Assembly: GCF_032191835.1 (NCBI RefSeq)
Contig: NC_083232.1
Span: 54,622,001 to 54,686,000 of the forward strand
Source of the DNA: Heteronotia binoei
Lineage: Eukaryota
DNA: 64,000 bases
Direction of reading: 5' to 3'
Shown here: positions 1 through 8,215 of the stretch, in pieces
Numbering within the stretch: the stretch's first letter is position 1
How the letters are laid out: each line of letters opens with the position of its first letter
Notes under the pieces: generated by a model
Seen by the model: only the letters and a program-made list of their open reading frames with translations
Told to the model about the DNA's origin: nothing
The model's database searches: none
Program-made: the position numbers and the translations under genes

Positions 1-699
1 AGTGATATCCTCATTTTAAAGTCACAACTCCACTATGGAGGACTTAATCCTAACCTTAAATGTAATCTATCAACATATTAAGGTACCAATAACTACAGAT
101 CTTATTGAACTCCTTTAGATTGTCTACGGTGTTGTGTCTGGTACAGGCATTACAATTAAATACTGTGCAGTACAGTAATGATGCCTACTCTTATTTTTTT
201 GCCCTTTTTACTTCACAAACAGGGGGGAAAGCATAGTCAACAAGCCAGCCTGTCCTCCCTGGAAGGATAAAACCAGTACCGTAACAGTTGTGCTACTTTT
301 ATCCTGCCGAAATTTTTATTCCACTTTTCTTTCCAGGTGCTCAAGTTGGCATACAAGGTTGTGTTCTTTCATTTTAATCCTCACAATAACCCTGTGAGGT
401 AAGTTAAAAGAAAGGCTGACTCCAAGGTCACACAATGGGATTCACAACTGAGTTGGGATTTGAATCTAGATATCCTTGATCCTAGCTGAACATTCTTTTT
501 TAAAATATATATATTTAAATTTTGTTAGGATTTTCTCCCCCCCCCTTTTTTAAACAAACAAGAACATACAAAAATTCTTTCCCATGAACAATAATTATTT
601 TTAAGTAGCTTATCAGCACAGCACAAAATCTAGATATTTCTTTGGTATCAAGCATACAGTACAGGATTTTTTATTTATGTGTTCAAAGAAAACATACTA

Positions 700-817
700 T
701 TTCTCCCTCAGAGGTTGTCGGACATCTCTGTGGGTTATTCCTACTGTTCCTTCAGGGAGGCAGGAACACTTTTTTCACCTTCCTGTTGGCGCCTTCGGAA
801 TAACCCCGCCCTCAGTT
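700..817 (+). repeat. DIRS left inverted terminal repeat
   Basis: 720-817 is the exact reverse complement of 5857-5954; 701-734 is the exact reverse complement of ICR 5587-5620. Confidence 0.93.
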
Positions 818-993
818 TTGTTCCTGCCTCTACAGGGAGCAGCAGCACAAGGCTAGGCTCAGCCTTTTTTCTCTGTTTCTTCTTCTTATTTTCCCTTCCA
901 TATCTTCTCTTTTCCATATCTAATTTATCCCTCCCTTCCTTCTGCCTTTTGCTGGCCGAAGAAAACTGAGGGAACTTGTCTGGGTCGTTCAGA

Positions 994-2631
994 ATGGCCT
1001 GTAGTAGGGACCGTTTCCTATCGGACGAGGAGGGAGGGTCGCGCGCCGCGCTTCTAGCAGCGCCGACTCACGTCGAAGGAGCCGACCTGCCTTCGCGGCT
1101 TGTTCGCGCCCTTCCCGACGCGGCCGCAGACGATTCAGCTGCCAGCGCCAAGAAACGGCGCGTAATGGAGGCCCAAGCTACGTTCCTCGGGGTGGCAGCA
1201 AACGGCGGCGGCCATTTTGGAAGTGCGGAGCGTAGCTCTCAGACCTTCCAACCCCCAAGAGCAGGCACTCCGGAGACTCGGAACTACCTGCAACCGCACA
1301 TCGAAGGCTTCCAGGACGGGGGTAATGTACAAATGGGCAACCCTCTGAACCCAGAGGCTATGCTTTTTATTAGAAGAGCTATGCAGGAGGAAATGGGCTC
1401 CTTTTGCGCCCGTATGGGGCTTCTCCCTCAAGGACCAACCTTTCCTTCAGATCCTCCCCGCCCTTTCTCCTGGCCCACCAAGGCAGCGCAAAAGGCCCCA
1501 GTGCAGTCTTTCCAGTCCTTATCCTTTGAGCCTGAGTCTATAGCATCTGGCTCTGACCAGGAAGACAGGGAAGAGGGGGAATGTTTCTCTGAGGAGGAAC
1601 AGGAGGAGGTTAAAATTCCTGAGCAGGCTAGTCGTTTCTTCCGTCAGGAAGATTACCAGTTTCTCCTAGCCAAAATGCTTTCAGCATTAGAAATTGAGGA
1701 GGGGCCTATTGATGAGGAAGCCAAGGTAGCTAAATCTAAGAAGTTTAAGTCAAGAACCAGCGGAAATTCTGAGTTCTTGCCCAGGGGGGAAACTTCTGAA
1801 CAAGTCTTCCCTTTTCCAGAATACTTTGAAAAGCAGGTTAGAGCAGAATGGGAAAAGCCAGCTTCCCTTAAGCAGTTTCCTCACTTAGTAAAGAAGTTAT
1901 ATGCACTGCCTGCCTATACCAATGAGTTGTTACAAGCTCCAACTGTGGACGGCCCAATAGCAGCTCTACAGTCGTCGGGACTGGTTTCAGAGGACGGCCA
2001 GGGTTCTCTTAGAGATCCCCTGGACAAAAAAGCTGAGGCGACCTTGAAAAGATTGTACGAATCCGTGGCCATGATAGTCAAGGCGTCCTCTGCGGCCTCC
2101 CTGGTCTCCAGGGCGTCCATTGTTTGGGTACGTAAGTTACTCCAGATGTTACCAGAGGACAACAGACGTATGTTAGAGGGCGCCTCACGCATCCTTAAGG
2201 CAGCGTCATTCACAGCTGACGCAACCTTAGATATACTGACCTTTGCCTCCAAGACAATGGCTTCCACTACTGTGGCCAGACGCCTTCTGTGGCTTAGGGC
2301 TTGGCAAGCTGACTTTCTCTCTAAGTCTACAATGGCAGCTTACCCTTTTCAGGGGGATCGTCTCTTCGGGGACGCTTTGGACAAGATCCTAGTAGAGACT
2401 AGGGATAAAAAGAAAGCCATGCCCAAATCCATTAGGAGGAATGAAAAGAGGGGCCCCCAGTCCTTTCGGACCCAACATTCCTTGGCCAGATATCGTTCTG
2501 AATCAAAAAAGTTTAATTGGGAAACGCCAAAGAATTCCTTCAAAAGAGGTTCATTCGGCTCCAAATTCAATCGTAATAACTTCTCCAAAATGGACAAGTC
2601 TGACAGAGAGGCCAAGTCCAAGCAGGCATGA
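994..2631 (+). CDS. DIRS ORF1, gag-like protein (first ATG 994; the ORF track opens at TTG 976)
   Basis: Uninterrupted ORF of about 545 aa upstream of and overlapping RT, with a basic C-terminus. Its position and motifs (FPFPEY, WEKP, LYALP, RRLLWLRAW, YPFQGDRLFGDALD) resemble vertebrate DIRS gag. Confidence 0.85.
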   Translation: MACSRDRFLSDEEGGSRAALLAAPTHVEGADLPSRLVRALPDAAADDSAASAKKRRVMEAQATFLGVAANGGGHFGSAERSSQTFQPPRAGTPETRNYLQPHIEGFQDGGNVQMGNPLNPEAMLFIRRAMQEEMGSFCARMGLLPQGPTFPSDPPRPFSWPTKAAQKAPVQSFQSLSFEPESIASGSDQEDREEGECFSEEEQEEVKIPEQASRFFRQEDYQFLLAKMLSALEIEEGPIDEEAKVAKSKKFKSRTSGNSEFLPRGETSEQVFPFPEYFEKQVRAEWEKPASLKQFPHLVKKLYALPAYTNELLQAPTVDGPIAALQSSGLVSEDGQGSLRDPLDKKAEATLKRLYESVAMIVKASSAASLVSRASIVWVRKLLQMLPEDNRRMLEGASRILKAASFTADATLDILTFASKTMASTTVARRLLWLRAWQADFLSKSTMAAYPFQGDRLFGDALDKILVETRDKKKAMPKSIRRNEKRGPQSFRTQHSLARYRSESKKFNWETPKNSFKRGSFGSKFNRNNFSKMDKSDREAKSKQA

Positions 2632-4528
2632 CTACAATCACTTACCGGTGGGAGCTCGGCTACTCCACTTTACAGAAACCTGGGAGGCCTCTCAGGCAGA
2701 CCAATGGTCTTTAGAAATTGTACAAGAGGGGTATTCAATAGAGTTCCACCGCATTCCACCAGACAGATTTGTCAGATCACCTACCCCCAAGCAGGAGCAC
2801 AAGCTTCTCATCACCACAAAAGCAATACAGCATCTTATCGACATTCGAGCAGTCGAACCGGTCCCAGGGTTGGAGAGGGGGAAAGGTGTGTATTCCATCC
2901 TTTTCACCATACCCAAGAAGAATGGCGACTGGAGGGCCATCTTGGATCTCAAGTTTCTAAATCGCTACGTCAAAGTACGTCACTTCAGAATGGAAACTTT
3001 GAGATTCATTATGGACTCTCTCTTGACAGGGGAGTACCTCACTTCCATACACCTAACCGAAGCTTATCTTCACATACCTATCCACCCTTCTCACCGTCGA
3101 TTTCTAAGGTTCGTGGTACTGAATCAACACTACCAATACAGGGCCTTACCTTTCGGCCTGTCAACAGCGCCCAGAGTTTTTTCCAAGATGTTAATACATC
3201 CGATAGCCCAGCTGAGGAAGCAGGGAATTCACATTCACCCCTATCTGGACGACCTCTTGGTCAGATCCAACAGCAAAGAGAAATCCCTTCGGGGTACAAC
3301 TCTGGCTATTCAGTGTCTTCAGTCACACGGATTCCTGGTGAACACAGAAAAGAGTTCACTTCAGCCGAGCCAGAGGTTGGAACATCTAGGTGCAATGATC
3401 GACTCCACCTGCAATTCGCTATTTCTACCTCTGTCCAAGGCCAGGGCCATCAAGGATTTGGCTACCAGGGTCATCCAGAGCAAATCATCACCACTGATGT
3501 TGCTTGCCAAACTAATGGGACTTTTGATATCGACCATAGACATGGTTCAATGGGCCAGATTCCATTCCAGACCTCTTCAATTGTTCCTACGACCATTTCA
3601 ACTTCAGATAATGGAGAGAAAGGTCATAAATCTGATAATTCCGCTAACAGTCAAGAGGAGTTTGCAATGGTGGACGGACTTGTCTCATCTTCACCAGGGC
3701 AAATTATTCCATCCTCCCTCATCCCTAGAGCTGTTCACAGATGCCAGCCTGGGGGGCTGGGGGGCCTCTCTTCAGGACAAACCAGTCCAAGGCAGGTGGT
3801 CACAACACGAGAGTCTGCTTCCCATCAATCTTCTGGAAATCAGAGCTATACGTCTAGCTCTGGTTGCCTTCAGGACCCAATTGCTCCAGAAGCATGTGCT
3901 CGTCAGAACGGACAACATTACAGCCAAGGCGTATCTGAACAACCAGGGGGGCTCCAGATCTTCGCAGTTGCACAGGGAAGCATCAAGGATTCTGACATGG
4001 GCAGAAAAGAATCTGGCCTCTCTAAGGGCGAAACACATCAGAGGCCAGGACAACATACAGGCAGACTGGTTAAGCAGACAGGAAATCTGCGAGGGCGAGT
4101 GGGCCCTCAGCTCAGACATATTCAATCTCATATGCCAGCGCTGGGGTCAACCAGAGGTGGATCTTTTCGCTTCAGACACAAACTCACAGCTACCAAGGTA
4201 CTTCACAAGGTTCTTCCATCCAGAAGCCGAACAGACAGATGCCTTGACAGCCATATGGCCTCCAGGTCTCTTGTATGCGTTTCCTCCGGTCCCTCTGGTT
4301 TCTCGAGTTCTGCGGAGGGTGAGAGTTCTACAGGCGGAAATCATCATGGTAGCTCCCTATTGGCCACGGCGTCCGTGGTTCTCAATGTTGACAGAGCTAT
4401 CAATAGACCTTCCGATGTCGCTGCCAGTTTCTCCCGACATGCTCCATCAGGGTCCGGTGTGGCACCCCAACCCGGAGTGGTTTCATCTGACCGCGTGGAG
4501 ATTGAGCGGGAGACATTCAGAAGTCTAG
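2441..4528 (+). CDS. DIRS ORF: reverse transcriptase, RNase H and DNA adenine-methyltransferase-like domain (open frame, but RT motif A Asp replaced by His)
   Basis: 695 aa. RT: WRAILDLK, ALPFGLSTAPRVF, HPYLDDLLV. RNase H: LFTDASLGGWG, INLLEIRA, RTDN. MT-like: VDLFAS...YAFPP...APYWPRRPWF. Motif A reads SIHL (CAC at 3050-3052) instead of the usual S-x-D-L. Confidence 0.93.
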   Translation: MKRGAPSPFGPNIPWPDIVLNQKSLIGKRQRIPSKEVHSAPNSIVITSPKWTSLTERPSPSRHDYNHLPVGARLLHFTETWEASQADQWSLEIVQEGYSIEFHRIPPDRFVRSPTPKQEHKLLITTKAIQHLIDIRAVEPVPGLERGKGVYSILFTIPKKNGDWRAILDLKFLNRYVKVRHFRMETLRFIMDSLLTGEYLTSIHLTEAYLHIPIHPSHRRFLRFVVLNQHYQYRALPFGLSTAPRVFSKMLIHPIAQLRKQGIHIHPYLDDLLVRSNSKEKSLRGTTLAIQCLQSHGFLVNTEKSSLQPSQRLEHLGAMIDSTCNSLFLPLSKARAIKDLATRVIQSKSSPLMLLAKLMGLLISTIDMVQWARFHSRPLQLFLRPFQLQIMERKVINLIIPLTVKRSLQWWTDLSHLHQGKLFHPPSSLELFTDASLGGWGASLQDKPVQGRWSQHESLLPINLLEIRAIRLALVAFRTQLLQKHVLVRTDNITAKAYLNNQGGSRSSQLHREASRILTWAEKNLASLRAKHIRGQDNIQADWLSRQEICEGEWALSSDIFNLICQRWGQPEVDLFASDTNSQLPRYFTRFFHPEAEQTDALTAIWPPGLLYAFPPVPLVSRVLRRVRVLQAEIIMVAPYWPRRPWFSMLTELSIDLPMSLPVSPDMLHQGPVWHPNPEWFHLTAWRLSGRHSEV

Positions 4529-5566
4529 GTTACTCCCTGGAGGTGACAGACACTATGCTAGCGTCAAGAAGACCCTCCACAGTTCGCATATACAACACTA
4601 CCTGGAAGGCTTTTGTCCGATGGTGTCGTAGAAAAAAGGTTTTTCCGCTTAATCCCTCTGTGGCGGAGATACTAGCGTTCCTGCAGGAAGGCCTAGAGTC
4701 CAAGTTACAACCAGCTACGTTAAGAAGACAGATAGCTGCCCTGTCCACTGTCTTACCGGTCGTGGGAGGGTTCAGGCTGTCTCAACATCCACACATCCAG
4801 TTGTTTTTGCAGGGGGCAAACTCGAAGTCTCCTACGACAGTCCATCGTTTTCCGTCTTGGTGGCTCCATACCGTTTTATCAGCGCTTACTAAGAAACCAT
4901 TTGAGCCTCTTCGAGAGGTGGACTTAAAATGGGTGCGAATGAAAGCTCTCTTTTTAGTAGCCATCACATCTGCACGTTGAGTTTCGGAACTGGGGGCCTT
5001 ATCAGTGAAGGCGGGTCTTTGTGTGTTCCACAAAGAAAAGGTGGTTCTGCGCACGGATCCCTCCTTCCTTCCTAAGGCTGCTTCTAGGTTCCACCACTCA
5101 CAAGAAATCTACTTACCCACTTTTTGTCCAGAACCCAAACACCCCAAGGAGGTAGTCTGGCATACGTTAGATGTGCGCAGAGCCTTGAAGATTTTCATTC
5201 TAAGATCAGAGTCAATTAGAAAAACTGACTACATGACTACATGTTCATCAACGTCTCTCCTCCAAGAGCTGGAGACAAGATGTCTAATTCATCAATTAGT
5301 GCAGTTCTGAAGGCCTGTATCAGTGAAGCATATAGGGCATCAGGGTTACAGGTACCTGTAGGAATTACTGCACATTCACTTAGGAGTGCCTCCACAAACG
5401 CGGCACTGCTGAATAGGGCTTCAGTCGAAGAGGTGTGTAGAGCTGCTACTTGGTCCTCTCCGTCTACATTCATAAGGCATTATAAGATCCATTCCATGGC
5501 ATCGACAGATGCAGCATTTGGGAGCATGTTCTGGGGGAGGTCAGCGATGAAGACCCACCCGATTAA
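2704..5566 (+). pseudogene. DIRS tyrosine recombinase ORF with a long N-terminal extension overlapping RT; disrupted
   Basis: Core-binding-like region (STVRIYNTTWKAF, PATLRRQIAALS), then AITSAR-stop-VSEL (TGA 4978-4980). An 8-bp tandem duplication TGACTACA (5226-5241) shifts the frame. AHSLRS (His 5373-5375, Arg 5382-5384), ATWSS and Tyr 5481-5483 follow. A probable 1-bp deletion lies near 5525. Confidence 0.9.
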
Positions 5567-5586
5567 AGGGGACTGCTCTGGTAGGT

Positions 5587-5677
5587 CCCACAGAGATGTC
5601 CGACAACCTCTGAGGGAGAACGGCCCATTGGACTTACCGTGAGGGGTCCTTCTCCTCAGAGGTTCGGAGGACATCTC
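5587..5677 (+). repeat. DIRS internal complementary region (ICR)
   Basis: 5587-5620 is the reverse complement of the left end (701-734). 5619-5677 is the reverse complement of the right end (5946-6004) with one mismatch (5639). The two halves join at AA, reproducing the circle junction. Confidence 0.93.
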
Positions 5678-5856
5678 GCCACTCCCAGATTCATTTTCAT
5701 CGCTTAGGTTTCTTTCTACAGCCTATCTCCCTTGTACTGTGTTACTTTCAGTATTATCGGAGTTCAAGTTTACAGTTTGCATTTTAATACGAGTTGTTAG
5801 TTCTGTTTATAGTCCTTCTAGTTAGAGGGAAGACGATACTGCTTTCGGAGTCCCAC

Positions 5857-6005
5857 AACTGAGGGCGGGGTTATTCCGAAGGCGCCAACAGGAAGGTGAA
5901 AAAAGTGTTCCTGCCTCCCTGAAGGAACAGTAGGAATAACCCACAGAGATGTCCTCCGAACCTCTGAGGAGAAGGACCCCTCATGGTAAGTCCAATGGGC
6001 CGTTT
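5857..6005 (+). repeat. DIRS right inverted terminal repeat plus right-end extension
   Basis: Reverse complement of the left ITR over 98 nt, followed by about 50 nt complementary to the ICR. Confidence 0.93.
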
Positions 6006-6563
6006 TCAACAAATGTACCGGTTAACGATGGACTGACTGTCTGGACAAACTGCACTGCAATTTTGTCCTGAACCACTATGTCCCAAATTTTGTTAAACCA
6101 CTGCCTTAATGTAGGGATTCTGTAAGTTTTCCAATACTTTGCCAATACTATTTTTGTCACCAGAAGTAATATTGAAATTAGTTCTTTTTAGAATTTTTTT
6201 GTGTTTGATTGCTTTGACCAATAATACATTAAAAGCAATTCCAGGGTATTTGGTAGCGGGCATTCCACAATAGCTTCTATTATTATTAATTTCCAAAAAG
6301 CATTCATTTTAGGGCAGGTCCACCAACAATTCAAAAAAATTGTCAATTCGACCACATTCCTTCCAATAGTCTCTAGCTGTACATTCTAATCACAATACAC
6401 AAGTTTTTGTATGTTTCCTTGGCCACAGAACACTGCAAACTGTGCATATTATGCCTAATCATCACAAAATCAAGTAATGAAACACTAAGATAGCTTCTGT
6501 TATGACATAAGCCTGGAGATTTAAATACACTTCTGTAGAACCTTGGTTACATTGACTACATAC

Positions 6564-6723
6564 TCTGCTACCAGTATGCCTTCTCCTGTTGGACATTGGT
6601 GAATGACTGCGGCTCCTTCTACGACGATACTCTGGGGTATAGGATCTGCTTCGTGATCTCCTTCTGTGAGAATGGGATCGAGAGCGAGTATACCGCCTGT
6701 GAGAATGCCTTCTTGATCTAGAC
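6564..6723 (-). CDS. TRA2A: Transformer-2 alpha, coding exon 3 (RS1 domain)
   Basis: 160 nt with AG acceptor and GT donor. Encodes (R)[53 protein letters not shown], recognisable as TRA2A. Phase is consistent (36+134+160=330). Downstream RRM exons are not in the window. Confidence 0.96.
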
Positions 6724-7139
6724 CTTCAAATGATAAATTGTGAGTTATAAGCAAATACCTATATTTATCAACATATTTGCATATTAATGAAGTAAAATTC
6801 ATGTATTCATCACCTACTTCTACAGTGAATACATGATCACAAGATTATATAAGAATAAACTACATGAATAGCCAAGTATTTCCAACATCCATTTACAGAA
6901 AGTCTCTCATTCATATGTGCATGCATCCCTAGGCCTCAGTTGCCTACTCATGCAAGTAACAACTGTCAGCATAATAGCTGGATCGAATATGGTACATGGA
7001 GTTCAAAATGCACTAATCACCAGAAAAATCTGAAAATAGGACCATAGCAATTTTCCTCCAAGCCAGTTTTGCCAGGGATCCCTGAAGCTTTTATTTTTAT
7101 TAGTTTTTATTATTATATATAGGCCATCTTCTGGCCATA

Positions 7140-7250
7140 GAGAAGGTGTAATTGGGGTGGTGCGGGGACGTATTTGTGGATTTCCAGCATTCTGCAGGAG
7201 GTTGGACTAGATGATCCTGGAAGTCCCTTTCACTTGGATTCTATACACAC
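7140..7250 (+). mobile_element. CR1 LINE 3' tail fragment
   Basis: TTCCAGCATTCTGCAGGAGGTTGGACTAGATGATCCTGGAAGTCCCTT matches the conserved CR1 3' end. Confidence 0.7.
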
Positions 7251-7466
7251 TATTCAGACCATTATGTTGACCATTCTAGAAAAAGGACTCCTGTATGGAA
7301 CATGCACAACAATATTTAAGGCGGGGGGGCTTAGAATTTCTCTGTGATTGGAGGAGGGGACAGTACAGAGATTCCCTGACATGTTAGGATATTTGCCATA
7401 TATGGTGGTGAATTTACAAGCATCCAAGTGCTATCCAGTGAATCTTAACAGCACAAAAATACATAC

Positions 7467-7600
7467 CTGGATTTTGATCTTGATCGAGATCGTGATTCAG
7501 AATGCTTAGAAGCTCTTGATGGGCTACGAGATCCTGACCTGCTCTCAGATTTTACACGAGCAGGGCTCCCAGCTGGAGATTTTGACTGGGAGCGCGACTC
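7467..7600 (-). CDS. TRA2A: Transformer-2 alpha, coding exon 2
   Basis: 134 nt, ttttgttag acceptor and GTATGT donor. Encodes ESRSQSKSPAGSPARVKSESRSGSRSPSRASKHSESRSRSRSKS(R). Confidence 0.96.
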
Positions 7601-7777
7601 CTAACAAAAAAAACAGTATTACAAATGGTACTGGTTGCATAAATGCCTACCTTCTTATATTAAAAGTAACTATATTTTATTGATTGTGCCTGAAAGATAA
7701 ATGGTTAGGCAATACCCTCCAGAACAAATTTGTTTAACCCACAGTTAACATTGTGTGATTTCCTCAAATAATTTCCT

Positions 7778-8215
7778 NNNNNNNNNNNNNNNNNNNNNNN
7801 NNNNNNNNNNNNNNNNNNNNNNNNNNNNNNNNNNNNNNNNNNNNNNNNNNNNNNNNNNNNNNNNNNNNNNNNNNNNNNNNNNNNNNNNNNNNNNNNNNNN
7901 NNNNNNNNNNNNNNNNNNNNNNNNNNNNNNNNNNNNNNNNNCTTCATTTTTTCATTTTTCATACTTCGTGTATTCTTCCCCAATTCACACAATTCNNNNN
8001 NNNNNNNNNNNNNNNNNNNNNNNNNNNNNNNNNNNNNNNNNNNNNNNNNNNNNNNNNNNNNNNNNNNNNNNNNNNNNNNNNNNNNNNNNNNNNNNNNNNN
8101 NNNNNNNNNNNNNNNNNNNNNNNNNNNNNNNNNNNNNNNNNNNNNNNNNNNNNNNNNNNNNNNNNNNNNNNNNNNNNNNNNNNNNNNNNNNNNNNNNNNN
8201 NNNNNNNNNNNNNNN
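7778..8215 (-). other. TRA2A: N-runs (7778-7941, 164 nt; 7996-8215, 220 nt) around a 54-nt GAA-rich island: probable location of the TRA2A poison exon
   Basis: The island reads GAATTGTGTGAATTGGGGAAGAATACACGAAGTATGAAAAATGAAAAAATGAAG on the minus strand. It lies in intron 1 a few hundred nt upstream of exon 2, where the conserved AGAA-rich poison exon lies in other vertebrates. The splice sites are hidden by Ns. Confidence 0.65.

Larger units (their letters stand above)
700..6005 (+). mobile_element. Full-length DIRS1-type tyrosine-recombinase retrotransposon in TRA2A intron 3, antisense to the host gene
   Basis: Three long ORFs (gag-like, RT-RNaseH-methyltransferase-like, tyrosine recombinase). 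Inverted terminal repeats 720-817 and 5857-5954 are 98/98 identical. An internal complementary region (5587-5677) matches both termini. Ends are T-rich (TTT at 700-702, GTTTT at 6002-6006) with no target-site duplication, as expected for DIRS. Confidence 0.96.

Noticed and set aside
1135-5054. Several minus-strand and short ORFs inside the DIRS element (e.g. 1914-2267, 3772-4131, 4782-5054)
   Set aside because: They are antisense shadows of the gag/RT/YR coding frames, with no independent motifs.
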